NCBI GenBank assembly: GCA_963665615.2 | Contig: CAXXQE010000001.1 | Span: 124,001-188,000 of the forward strand | DNA: 64,000 bases | DNA from: Syntrophales bacterium | Lineage (GTDB): Bacteria; Desulfobacterota; Syntrophia; Syntrophales; UBA4778 | Reading direction: 5' to 3' | Shown: in pieces, positions 32,132 through 41,853 of the stretch | How positions within the stretch are numbered: position 1 is the first letter of the stretch | Layout: each line of letters begins with the position of its first letter | Made by a program: the position numbers and the translations under genes | The notes under the pieces: generated by a model | Told to the model about the DNA's origin: nothing | Databases searched by the model: none | What the model saw: the letters and a program-made list of their open reading frames with translations, nothing else

Positions 32132-34530
32132 GACTATATTCAGGAACATCTACAAATTTCGTTCATGATGCGAGTCATAATCAGATAGCCGAAAAATTAA
32201 AGAACGCTTTCTTCGATTATTACAGATACCAACCTTCCCCTTCCGAAATCAATTCTTGGCGCAACTCATTGCGAGCTGTATCTCAGGTATTCCAATCTGC
32301 AGATTTAATGGATCACGGGGTTTTACTCGAATATCAGCTTCCACTAACTTCGAAACGCCTGGACTGCATGATATGCGGAAGAGATCAAAATAATGCGGAC
32401 AATGCGATTATTATAGAGTTAAAGCAATGGGAAAAATGTGAAGCTGCATATGGAGAAAATGAGGTTTTGACCTGGGTTGGTGGCGCAAAAAGAGAGGTGC
32501 TGCACCCATCGATACAGGTTGGGCAATATCAAATGTATTTGGAAGACACGCATACAGCGTTTTACGATTCACAGGCCGTGCAATTGCGCGCCTGTACTTA
32601 CTTGCACAACTATAATTTCTTTTCTGACGACGTGATTTTTGATGCTAAATTTGGCCATGCACTAGATCGCTACCCCTTATTTACCGCTGATGACTTTGAC
32701 AAACTATCTAAATATTTATGTCGTCACTTGCAGAATGGCGAAGGAGCAGATGTTCTAAAAAGGATCGAGAAAAGCAAATATAGGCCGAATAAAAAGCTGA
32801 TGGATCATGTTGGAAATATTATTAAGAATAAATCTGAATATATCCTTTTAGATGAGCAACTTATTGTCTACGACAAGGTGCTGGAATGCGCTAAAGCGAG
32901 TTTCGACGATAAAAGCAAAGTAGCCATTATCATAAAAGGCGGTCCAGGTACCGGCAAGTCAGTGATCGCGATTAACTTGATGGCCGATTTACTGCTGAGG
33001 GGCTATAACGCGCATTATGCAACAGGATCTAAGGCATTTACTGAAACATTGCGCAAAATTATCGGGAGCCGAGGATCTGTTCAATTTAAATATTTTAATA
33101 GTTACGGCAGTGCTGACAAAAATGAAATAGATGTGTTAATTGCAGACGAGGCCCATCGAATCAGAGAAAACAGCAATAACCGCTTCACAAAAAAAGCTGA
33201 TAGGTCAGATAAACAACAAATTGATGAACTTCTAGAGGCAGCGAAAGTAGCGGTATTTTTTATTGATGATCATCAAGTTGTGCGTCCGAATGAAATTGGC
33301 TCAGCTGATTACATAAGGAAAACAATTGCCAAGAAAAAATACAAGCTATTTGAACACGAGCTTGAAGCACAGTTTAGATGCAGCGGGTCAGACGCTTTTG
33401 TAAATTGGATAAACAATACTCTGGGGATTAAGAGAACAGCAAATGTAATATGGGATGAGAACGAGGAGTTTGATTTTCGAATATTTTCGAATCCCCTTGC
33501 GCTAGAAAGAGCAATCCGAGAGAAAAATGATCAAGGCTATACGGCGAGAGTCACAGCAGGATTTTGCTGGAATTGGTCAATGCCGAAAGCTGATGGAACT
33601 TTGAAAAATGATGTGGTCATAGACGATTATAAGAAGCCGTGGAATGCCAAGCCCGAAGCAAAGCGATTGGCGAGAGGAATTCCAAAAGCTTCGCTCTGGG
33701 CATATGATCCAAATGGAATTAACCAAATTGGGTGCGTGTATACGGCTCAAGGATTCGAGTTCGATTACGTTGGAGTAATTTTCGGAGAAGATTTGTTCTA
33801 CAGTTTTGATGATCAGAAGTGGATTGGTGATATAAAAAAATCCGCAGACAATGTAGTGAAAAGGTCTCGCGACGCATTCGTGGAGTATGTAAAAAATACG
33901 TATCGGGTGTTGCTCAGCAGGGGAATGAAAGGCTGCTATGTTTATTTCATAAATAAAAATACTGAGCGGTTTTTTAAGTCTCGCATAGAAGCTGCCGTCC
34001 ACAAGAAAGAAGAGATCGCTGAATTTTCAGACGCTGCCGATATAAAAGAAAAGATCCTGAGGGTAGTATCGAAAGAAGAAAAATTTACTGAATGTCTGCC
34101 AGTTTATTCGCTAGAAGCCGCTGCAGGCTATTTCGGTAGTGGTGAGGCAGTTGAGATAATTGGATGGCTAAAAGTCGATATCGGGAAAAAACTTAATAGG
34201 CGTATGTTCATCGCCCACGTCGTTGGGCATTCAATGGAGCCAGCAATACCAGATGGTAGTTATTGCATATTTCGGGCAGGTGTTGAAGGAACACGCAATA
34301 ACAAGATCGTACTCGTTCAGCATAACAGCATTTTTGATCCAGATACTGGTGGATCTTATACTGTCAAGAAATATACGAGTAAGAAGATCTTTAGTGATGA
34401 CGGTACTTGGGCGCACGAGAAAATAATTTTGCAGCCACTTAATGTATCATATAATCCCATTATAATATCAAACCCTGAAGAAGGAGCGTTTACTGTCGTT
34501 GCTGAATTCATGGAAGTACTTTCTAACTGA
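32128..34530 (+). CDS. DUF2075 (Schlafen group-3-type) helicase with N-terminal PD-(D/E)xK-like nuclease and C-terminal S24/LexA-like domain
   Basis: RLDCMI...IIELKQW; Walker A GGPGTGKS; Walker B IADEAH; YTAQGFEFD; YRVLLSRG; then LEAAAG...GHSMEP...YTVKKY. Confidence 0.85.
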   Translation: MRLYSGTSTNFVHDASHNQIAEKLKNAFFDYYRYQPSPSEINSWRNSLRAVSQVFQSADLMDHGVLLEYQLPLTSKRLDCMICGRDQNNADNAIIIELKQWEKCEAAYGENEVLTWVGGAKREVLHPSIQVGQYQMYLEDTHTAFYDSQAVQLRACTYLHNYNFFSDDVIFDAKFGHALDRYPLFTADDFDKLSKYLCRHLQNGEGADVLKRIEKSKYRPNKKLMDHVGNIIKNKSEYILLDEQLIVYDKVLECAKASFDDKSKVAIIIKGGPGTGKSVIAINLMADLLLRGYNAHYATGSKAFTETLRKIIGSRGSVQFKYFNSYGSADKNEIDVLIADEAHRIRENSNNRFTKKADRSDKQQIDELLEAAKVAVFFIDDHQVVRPNEIGSADYIRKTIAKKKYKLFEHELEAQFRCSGSDAFVNWINNTLGIKRTANVIWDENEEFDFRIFSNPLALERAIREKNDQGYTARVTAGFCWNWSMPKADGTLKNDVVIDDYKKPWNAKPEAKRLARGIPKASLWAYDPNGINQIGCVYTAQGFEFDYVGVIFGEDLFYSFDDQKWIGDIKKSADNVVKRSRDAFVEYVKNTYRVLLSRGMKGCYVYFINKNTERFFKSRIEAAVHKKEEIAEFSDAADIKEKILRVVSKEEKFTECLPVYSLEAAAGYFGSGEAVEIIGWLKVDIGKKLNRRMFIAHVVGHSMEPAIPDGSYCIFRAGVEGTRNNKIVLVQHNSIFDPDTGGSYTVKKYTSKKIFSDDGTWAHEKIILQPLNVSYNPIIISNPEEGAFTVVAEFMEVLSN

Positions 34531-34570
34531 CTTAAATATTTTTGCCAAAGTTGTACTAGGAGCGCAATCA

Positions 34571-35255
34571 ATGGCTGATTACATTTAAAAAATATTTTGT
34601 GTCAGGCATATAGTCATGCCGAATCCATTCCAGCTTCGGAAGTTGAATAAATAAATTCCAAGCTGAACTTTATGACTATGTTACAATACGTGCTCAGTTT
34701 TTATTATATAAGAATGTAGAAATTAATATCAGTATAGGGGCGGGCTCTTTCAAATCTTGGACTGGGGTGCTTGGGACTTTTACTCCATTTCCATTGTATA
34801 TGGGTTAGGGTAACTATCCAAGTTTTCGAGCCGGGGTCGAAGCTATCTACAATGATGTAAATCGGTTATCAATTTCGATCGTCTCAGAGAGTCTATTCTT
34901 TTCACATACGAAGCATAATGAAATAATTCGAATTGAATCGAGCACAGGGATAATAGGAGCTTTGAAAAGAATTTCTGACCAATTAAATAAATTCAGAATA
35001 GTAATGGAACCGTCAGTATAGAAAAATGCAGGCACTCTTAGAAAAAACTAATGAGGACATTGTAAGACTCATGAATGTTGTCGCTAATGAAGATGAGCGA
35101 ACTTTATTTAAAACAATATTTCTTTAGGAGGTTGAAATAAACCTTTAAAGCCTTTACCATTTATGAATGAGAGCCTGTCTCGCACTGCTATTATCCTTTG
35201 TGAATCCCGGAGAAAATCGATATTAAAATTGTTGAGCCAGTTGTTCTTATGATAA
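34571..35255 (+). pseudogene. Decayed hypothetical gene in the AT-rich island
   Basis: AGGAG RBS and ATG at 34571. Protein-like fragments (ILCQAYSHAE; GSFKSWTGVLGT...YMG*GNYPSFRAGVEAIYNDV...IRIESSTGIIGALKRI) are broken by an in-frame TAG at 34806-34808 and by indels. Confidence 0.5.
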
Positions 35256-35400
35256 CTAGAAGTGAACAGTGATGACGACTTAGGGGGACCGCCGCGACGT
35301 AAAGGCAATGATGCGTTTCTCCAGATGATGAGCGCCCCTGATGTGTTTCGGGAATTGAAATAAGAAATCACAACGGTCCGGAAAGCAAGGAGGGATTGAG

Positions 35401-35967
35401 ATGAAGGTCATTGGATTCAACGGCAGCCCGAGGAAAGACGGCAATACGACCGTTCTGATGGGATATCTTCTTGAAGAACTCCGCAATGGGGGGATTGAGA
35501 CCGAGCTGGTTCAGTTGTCGGAGAAGCCGATTCATGGTTGCATTGCCTGTTACAAATGCTTCGAAAACAAGGATAAGCGGTGCGCTGTCAGAAACGATGC
35601 GGCCAACGACTATATTGAAAAGATTGTCGCAGCGCAGGGCATTGTCTTTGGATCGCCCTCTTATTTCCAGGATGTCACGGCGGAGATGAAGGCCCTGATC
35701 GATCGCGCCGGTTTTGTCGGATTGGCGAACGATAAAATGTACCGAAACAAGATCGGAGCTGCGGTCTCCTGCTTTCGCCGTTCCGGCGCGATGCACACGA
35801 TCGAAACCATGACGCACTTCTTTTTCGGCAACGAACTGGTCATTGCCGGACGGGCGCTGGGACTGGCCAGGGACAAGGGCGAAATGGAAAAAGATGAAGA
35901 GGGCATTCAGGCCGCGAAGACGCTCGGACAGAGAATGGCCTGGCTGCTGAATAAGCTGCACGCGTGA
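35401..35967 (+). CDS. Iron-sulfur flavoprotein (Isf-like flavodoxin family)
   Basis: NGSPRKDGNT, CIACYKC...C, GSPSYF. Confidence 0.88.
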   Translation: MKVIGFNGSPRKDGNTTVLMGYLLEELRNGGIETELVQLSEKPIHGCIACYKCFENKDKRCAVRNDAANDYIEKIVAAQGIVFGSPSYFQDVTAEMKALIDRAGFVGLANDKMYRNKIGAAVSCFRRSGAMHTIETMTHFFFGNELVIAGRALGLARDKGEMEKDEEGIQAAKTLGQRMAWLLNKLHA

Positions 35968-35983
35968 AGGATGCGAGGGACGG

Positions 35984-36484
35984 GTGGAAAAGAATATTTG
36001 CAGCGAATGCGCCGGACTCAGAGGATTGTCCTGTTGCGAGGGCGTTGAAATCTATGTCACGCAAGGGGATATTGAACGCATCTCGTTTTTCACCAATTCG
36101 CAGGATTTCTATCTGTCTGCGCCATTGAAGGGAGTTTATAGACGTTGCGATGCTTCCTGGAAAGATCTAATCCTGGATAGAAACGGACGTCGGAATATTA
36201 TCAAGCTCACGAGAAATGGAAAATGTTTTTTTCTCAAGAAAGAAGGTTGCCTGTTGCCCATGACGGTCAAGCCGCTGCTTTGCCGCATACATCCTTATGA
36301 CTTCAATGAGCATGGCGTTACCGAAATCTATAAGTACTGTCCGATTGCAAAAAAGCCGAACAGTGAAGAAATTTTAAAAGACATGGGGATGTCTTATAGC
36401 GTGGTAAAGAAATGGCACGCGTTATTGTACCGGGAGATCAGAGAGGAAAAACGATCAGCCTTCAATGGAGAGAGGAAGATTTAG
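35984..36484 (+). CDS. YkgJ family cysteine-cluster protein
   Basis: CSEC...SCC, CFFL...GC, KPLLCRIHP. Confidence 0.75.
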   Translation: MEKNICSECAGLRGLSCCEGVEIYVTQGDIERISFFTNSQDFYLSAPLKGVYRRCDASWKDLILDRNGRRNIIKLTRNGKCFFLKKEGCLLPMTVKPLLCRIHPYDFNEHGVTEIYKYCPIAKKPNSEEILKDMGMSYSVVKKWHALLYREIREEKRSAFNGERKI

Positions 36485-36489
36485 GGGCC

Positions 36490-36684
36490 GGGCGGATTAC
36501 GCGATGGGGCTCTGTCGCTTTGAAATCTTTTTCCGTCATGTTTGGCGCGGGATTGCCAATCCCATCGGGCTGGAAAAATCTTTGATGCGCGTTCGAGACC
36601 CGTCGCGCAACCCGGCCTGTGTTCCTCCCGGGAAGGGATCGGCACCGGATCGATGAGGCGCATTCCACTTTTTACGAGACCGCC
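36490..36684 (+). repeat. Family B element, copy 2 (partial)
   Basis: GAAATCTTTTTCCGTCATGTT...GGAAAAATCTTTGAT.CGCGTTCGAGACCC shared with 25365-25443; right-end-like ACTTTTTACGAGACC. Confidence 0.7.
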
Positions 36685-36799
36685 GCACGTAACGAACGAA
36701 AGGCAGAAATGCATCTGGTTGCATGCCACTGGCAGTAACGCGACGATTTATTCGGGACTAACTGGTGAAGTTGGCCAGAAGAAAAAACAGGGGAAGATT

Positions 36800-37306
36800 A
36801 TGAATCATCATCTTGGATTATGGACGGGCATTTGTTTATGCGTGCTGTGCAGTGCGATCGCCGGGGAATGCCGGGCTTCAGAGAATCTGGCGCCTGCGGA
36901 GAGCGCCGTGCAGGCTGAGCAGGGCAAGGCACTCAGCGACGAGGCGATCATCAAGGAAAAATATCCCAATGCGATTCGGACCTCGTCGGGATTGATGTAC
37001 GTTGTTGTGAAGGAAGGCGAGGGCGAGTCACCCTATCGCGGAGCGATTGTGGAGGCGCATTATACGGGCCGCTTCCTTGATGGCAGGAAGTTCGACAGCT
37101 CGGTCGATCGGGGGCAGCGATTTCACTTCACGGTCGGGAAAGGTCAGGTTATCCGGGGTTGGGATGAAGCGTTTCTGTCCATGAAGAAGGGCGAAAAGCG
37201 CATTCTGATTGTGCCGCCGCACCTGGCCTATGGGGAGAGGGGCGCGGGACCGATTCCGCCCAATGCGACGTTGATCTTTGAAGTGGAATTCTTTGATTTC
37301 CTCTGA
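36800..37306 (+). CDS. FKBP-type peptidyl-prolyl isomerase (exported)
   Basis: HYTGRFLDGRKFDSS, VIRGWDEA, LAYGERG, IPPNATLIFEVE. Confidence 0.93.
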   Translation: MNHHLGLWTGICLCVLCSAIAGECRASENLAPAESAVQAEQGKALSDEAIIKEKYPNAIRTSSGLMYVVVKEGEGESPYRGAIVEAHYTGRFLDGRKFDSSVDRGQRFHFTVGKGQVIRGWDEAFLSMKKGEKRILIVPPHLAYGERGAGPIPPNATLIFEVEFFDFL

Positions 37307-37372
37307 TTGAAGACAGGGGCGGGTGAAAAGTCCCGAGTGACAAGAATACAACCGGAATTGGAGAACGAATCC

Positions 37373-39427
37373 ATGCGGCATTTCCGAAAATTGTTTTTGA
37401 TGGTTCTTTTTGTTCTATGGAGTTGCGTATCTGCCTATGCTGCGCCTGCCGTCGCGTTGAGCCCGGATATTCTGAGCGAGCTGCCGAAACTCAATACCGA
37501 CCAGTACAATGAGTCGGGTGCGGTGATTCTTTTAAAGGAAGTAAACTTGAAAGTTGAAAAGAATTACCTGAGCACCCATACGATCAGAATTGCCGGGAAA
37601 GTTTTAAATGACGCGGCGGCGACAGCCTACAGGGAAATCGCCATTCCCTTCAATGCGTATTATGAAGACGTGACGCTCGATTTCGGGCGGGTATTGACAC
37701 CGGACGGAAAAACAAAAAAGGTCCAAAACGACACGATACAGATTAAAACGATTTCCGGCAGCAATGTCTATAATGATGAAAAGCTTCTCTGCTTTCCGTT
37801 GCCGGCCGTCAGCAGCGGCGCTGTTTTCGAGTATCAGTTCAGTACCAAAACCAAAAGAACGCTGATGCCCGGAAAATGGTTCGATACGGTCCGTTTTAAC
37901 AGTTTTCATTTCGGAGAAACGTCGCGCCTCGACCCTGTCCGTAAATTCATGTGTACGGTCACCGTTCCGGACAAAGAAAAACTCAACTATCAACTGAAGC
38001 GCGCAACACTTCAGCCCACGATCGTGAAGAAAGCCGGAACGGTCAGTTATACATGGGAGGCGCACGATATCCCGGCCATCAAGCTCGAAGGGGGCATGCC
38101 GTGTTGGGTTCACGAGATGACGCCGCTGCTGGAGTTTAGTTTGATCAACGACTGGGATGAATTCGGCGCCTGGGCAAGGTCTCAATTCGTCCCGAAGGCC
38201 GAAGTCACCCCTGAGATCGCTGCCTTGGCAAAGGAGATCGCGGCCAACGCCAAAACGCGCCGCGAGCGGATATCGGCCCTTTACTATTACGTTCAGTCCA
38301 AAATCAAATATGTGTCCATCGATCTCAACAGCAGCGGTTATGCGCCTCACCCGCCCGGTCAGGTGCTGGAAAATGAATACGGGGACTGCAAGGATCAGGG
38401 CGTCCTGCTGATCGCGCTGCTCAAGGCTTTGGACATTCCGGCCTTTCCTGTCCTGCTCGATCCTTGTTTGAGCTTGAGGGAAACGGAATTTGAAAAGAAG
38501 ATCGTCATACCCCATTTTTCGCATCTCATCGTCATGGTGCCGGATCAGCAGGGGGATATCTGGCTGGATACGACGTCTTTCGTAACGCCCTTCCCGCTGT
38601 TGCCGGAGCAGGATATGAGACAACCGGTCCTGGTTTTGACCGACAAAGGCGGAATGATGCTGCGGACGCCGGACGGAAACGCTGCGACCAACGAGCTTTC
38701 GCTCAAGTTCGATCTCAATGCGCAACACACTGATTTCCTCGTTGCGATGAACCTGCAGGGGACGGGCACAATCAGTGAATACCTGAAATGGCGGATGCTG
38801 GCCGCCGATCCCGATACCCGGAAAGATATGATTCTGCGCCTCTGGAGTGTTGTCAGGTACAAGGGAAACAATACGAGCATCGAGTTTCCGTCTCTTGAGA
38901 ACCGCTCGATCCCGTTTGAAGGCAAGATGCAGTTTACGGCAAAGAATGTCTTCTCCGATACAATCGATTCGTTCGCGTATAGCGGCAATATGAGCGCCGC
39001 TTTCTGGGTTCTCGAACTTCTGAATCTGCCCGCGCCGGAATCGCGCAGGAATGATCTTTTGATTGCGGACAGGCTGGCCCTGAACGCGGAGTGGATCTGT
39101 GCGCCGCCCGTTACGGGCATGGTGATCAAGAAACTGCCCGACAATGTCACGCATGAAGATCGCTTCGGCAAGTTTACGGCGAATTTCAGCACTGAAAACG
39201 AATCGCTCAAGGTGGCGATGCGATATGAGTTTAAACAGGCACGGATCAAAAAAGAAGACTATAAGGATTTCTATAATGCCTTGACGGAGATTGAGCACAA
39301 AGCGCAATGGTCGATCTCGTTTGTCCGGGAAAAGAAAGGCTGGCGAAAATTATTCGGACGTCTGAGCGCCCCGCCTTGCCGCTGCATGGGCCTGAAGGAC
39401 ATTTCGTCGGAAACAGGGATTATGTAA
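37373..39427 (+). CDS. DUF3857/transglutaminase-like domain exported protein
   Basis: Signal peptide; IKYVSI, YGDCKDQ, FSHLIV, WLDTT (Cys-His-Asp triad pattern). Confidence 0.82.
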   Translation: MRHFRKLFLMVLFVLWSCVSAYAAPAVALSPDILSELPKLNTDQYNESGAVILLKEVNLKVEKNYLSTHTIRIAGKVLNDAAATAYREIAIPFNAYYEDVTLDFGRVLTPDGKTKKVQNDTIQIKTISGSNVYNDEKLLCFPLPAVSSGAVFEYQFSTKTKRTLMPGKWFDTVRFNSFHFGETSRLDPVRKFMCTVTVPDKEKLNYQLKRATLQPTIVKKAGTVSYTWEAHDIPAIKLEGGMPCWVHEMTPLLEFSLINDWDEFGAWARSQFVPKAEVTPEIAALAKEIAANAKTRRERISALYYYVQSKIKYVSIDLNSSGYAPHPPGQVLENEYGDCKDQGVLLIALLKALDIPAFPVLLDPCLSLRETEFEKKIVIPHFSHLIVMVPDQQGDIWLDTTSFVTPFPLLPEQDMRQPVLVLTDKGGMMLRTPDGNAATNELSLKFDLNAQHTDFLVAMNLQGTGTISEYLKWRMLAADPDTRKDMILRLWSVVRYKGNNTSIEFPSLENRSIPFEGKMQFTAKNVFSDTIDSFAYSGNMSAAFWVLELLNLPAPESRRNDLLIADRLALNAEWICAPPVTGMVIKKLPDNVTHEDRFGKFTANFSTENESLKVAMRYEFKQARIKKEDYKDFYNALTEIEHKAQWSISFVREKKGWRKLFGRLSAPPCRCMGLKDISSETGIM

Positions 39428-39565
39428 ATTGTAAAAGGGACGGCTTTGGGGACGTTGTAAACGATGTAAACGTCGGGAGACTACAACAACCGGTGTCTAT
39501 GCGAGGAGATCAAAAGACGCGAGGATGCGAAGTCAACAACATCCCCGCTGATGCCCCGTTAAGCA

Positions 39566-40444
39566 TCACTGCCATGTGGAGGGCGGCAATCCACCGACGA
39601 TCTCGACGGTGGGTCCGTCTTCGATGATGCCGGCGCCTGTCTCATCCTCATCATCGCCGACAACCCACTTATAGAGCACTTCGGCATCATCGACAAGCGG
39701 CCGAGCGGGCGATCCGTAAACGCGCTTTTGCATGGGTTCGCTCATCAATCCGATACAACCGTGAGAGGCCGGTTTTCCGGGAAGGTCTCTGGCGTGAATC
39801 CAATAGGACATGCCATCCTCAATGAGAAATCTAAGGGCATAATCCATCGGGTACTGTTCTTCCCGATCTTGTATCTTGTAGAGGGATGACGTATGCCACC
39901 GGTCATAGGCCTCGACCTGGAACAGCCCGAGCGGTGTGGTGTGGTCTTTCATCCCCGTTGCGGCCGGCATCGATATTTTCAGCTTGCCGAACTCATATCC
40001 ACCTAACCACTGTTCGGTGACATTGATCAGGATATACTTGGGGTACGTTTCGGCAGGCGCGTACTGCAGAGGCATTGGATTGTAATCTCTGACTTCGGCG
40101 ATGTCCGCCGGTTTTTTGATGGTCACGCCGGGGTAGGCATGGCGTCTGTCGATCCGGTTGAATTTTGCAACAGACACCCAATCCTTGCCGAAAAGCGTCT
40201 CCAGGCTGTCCTGGGGTTCCATAAAATAGGGGGTCCAGCGAATGTGCTTTGTGCTCGGGTAGTCGATCCGCGTCAGGTCTTCTTTGGACGGATCTGTCGG
40301 TAACGCTGAGGGCAGTGATATGGCTCTCGGACTGATGGTGACGATGGTAATGAAGACGGCCAGGGAAAGAACGGTCGCTATTGCTCGATGTAGGATATTC
40401 TTCACAACGTTTGCCAATACTACAAGATGGTGAGTATCTACCAC
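39566..40444 (-). CDS. L,D-transpeptidase (YkuD) family protein
   Basis: TPLGLF and WIH...PGKPASHGCIGL. Start uncertain. Confidence 0.82.
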   Translation of the reverse strand: MVDTHHLVVLANVVKNILHRAIATVLSLAVFITIVTISPRAISLPSALPTDPSKEDLTRIDYPSTKHIRWTPYFMEPQDSLETLFGKDWVSVAKFNRIDRRHAYPGVTIKKPADIAEVRDYNPMPLQYAPAETYPKYILINVTEQWLGGYEFGKLKISMPAATGMKDHTTPLGLFQVEAYDRWHTSSLYKIQDREEQYPMDYALRFLIEDGMSYWIHARDLPGKPASHGCIGLMSEPMQKRVYGSPARPLVDDAEVLYKWVVGDDEDETGAGIIEDGPTVEIVGGLPPSTWQ

Positions 40445-40515
40445 TATTTGCTTTTCTTCTCAAGCTTAATAGAACGATTGGAGAGAAAAAATGGTATCTG
40501 TGGCTGATGTTGCGC

Positions 40516-40688
40516 TTAACAGGCTGTTGAAGGACTCTTCAATGTTGTGTCATTGCGCCTGTCCCGATGCTGTAGCGGGGAGGAGCGTCAGCGACGTGGC
40601 AATCTCTAACCTATTGATTGCTCGAATACGGGGATTGCTTCGCTTTGCTCGCAATGACGCGAAAAATAGTTTTTCAACAGCCTGTTAA
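40516..40688. mobile_element. MITE-like element with family A ends carrying an internal REP-like palindrome
   Basis: Perfect 16-bp ends TTAACAGGCTGTTGAA / TTCAACAGCCTGTTAA; inside GTCATTGCG...GCAATCTC...GGGATTGCTTCGC...CGCAATGAC. Confidence 0.75.
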
Positions 40689-40789
40689 TTGTTTTGACGG
40701 GCTTCGGGATATGAGATAGGAAGAAACAGGAGGGGGTCGGATTTTTTGCAGGTCTATTGCAGGTTAGAAAAACATGTCAGGAGGGTCCA

Positions 40790-41416
40790 ATGAAAGTCGT
40801 CGGCATCAATGGCAGTCCCCGGAAGGCGGGGAATACCTCGTTACTGATTAAAGCCGTTTTCCAGGAATTGGAAAAAGAGGGCATCGAAACCGAGATGATT
40901 CACATTGGCCTGAAGCCCATCAGAGGCTGCCGGGCTTGTTATGCCTGTTTGAACAATCAAGACAGGCGTTGCGTCTTTGGCGATGACGACGGTGTGAACG
41001 AATACATTCATAAAATGGCTTCGGCCGATGGCATCCTCCTTGGATCTCCGACGTACTTTACGGATATTACGGCCGAGTTGAAGGCGCTGCTCGATCGGGC
41101 GGGACTGGTCTCAAAAGCCAATGGAGACATTTTCAGGTACAAGGTCGGGGGCTCCGTTGTGGCGGTCAGACGAGGCGGCGCCACGCACGCTTTCGACACC
41201 ATGAACCATTTTCTGCATTACATGCAGATGTTTCTGGTGGGCGCCAGTTATTGGAATATGGTCTTCGGGCGGGAGATCGGCGAAGTGACGGCGGACGAGG
41301 AAGGCATGACCAACATGAAGACGCTGGGAGAAAACATGGCCTGGCTGCTGAAAAAAATACATCCACAGGGAGAGGGGCCGGGGAATGATCTTGCGGCGAC
41401 CCGCATAATCGTTTGA
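40790..41416 (+). CDS. Iron-sulfur flavoprotein (Isf-like flavodoxin family)
   Basis: NGSPRKAGNT, CRACYAC...C, GSPTYF, RRGG; paralogue of 35401-35967. Confidence 0.88.
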   Translation: MKVVGINGSPRKAGNTSLLIKAVFQELEKEGIETEMIHIGLKPIRGCRACYACLNNQDRRCVFGDDDGVNEYIHKMASADGILLGSPTYFTDITAELKALLDRAGLVSKANGDIFRYKVGGSVVAVRRGGATHAFDTMNHFLHYMQMFLVGASYWNMVFGREIGEVTADEEGMTNMKTLGENMAWLLKKIHPQGEGPGNDLAATRIIV

Positions 41417-41495
41417 CGGCGTTCGGAATAAAAGATCGTTCCTCGCCCAAGGTACGAAAAAGATTTTTAACTATGAAAAAAGGAGGTTGTTCAGA

Positions 41496-41765
41496 ATGAA
41501 GCGGTATCTCAGAGGAGTCATAATTATACTGGCTGTCGTTCTTTTGGCCGGGGTTGCCTATAGCGCCGACAAGCCTGCTGAAAAAGTTTTTGATCAGAAG
41601 ATTCCCGAGGAATGGGGGACGTTAAAGGCCGTCGCTCAATTTCCCAACCTGGATTTGGGCTACCTCTATTTTGAGGACAGCAAGGGGACGATCCGGAGAG
41701 TCGCCTTCGATCAGGGCAGCAACACGCTGTATGGCGCCGTGCTCGTGATCAACCGGAGCAAATAG
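41496..41765 (+). CDS. Small secreted hypothetical protein
   Basis: AGGAGG RBS, signal peptide ending AYSA; IPEEWGTLK...LYFEDSKGTIR. Confidence 0.65.
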   Translation: MKRYLRGVIIILAVVLLAGVAYSADKPAEKVFDQKIPEEWGTLKAVAQFPNLDLGYLYFEDSKGTIRRVAFDQGSNTLYGAVLVINRSK

Positions 41766-41853
41766 CGGGTTTGGAAAGGTGAAGCGTGGAGGTGACTCAA
41801 CACAGTAAATGACGATTTGAAGAGCACAGCCATCATGTTTGCAAGGAGGAACT

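Noticed and set aside
39421..39490. Short TGTAAA-containing repeats after the DUF3857 gene
   Set aside because: Too short and degenerate to assign a function.
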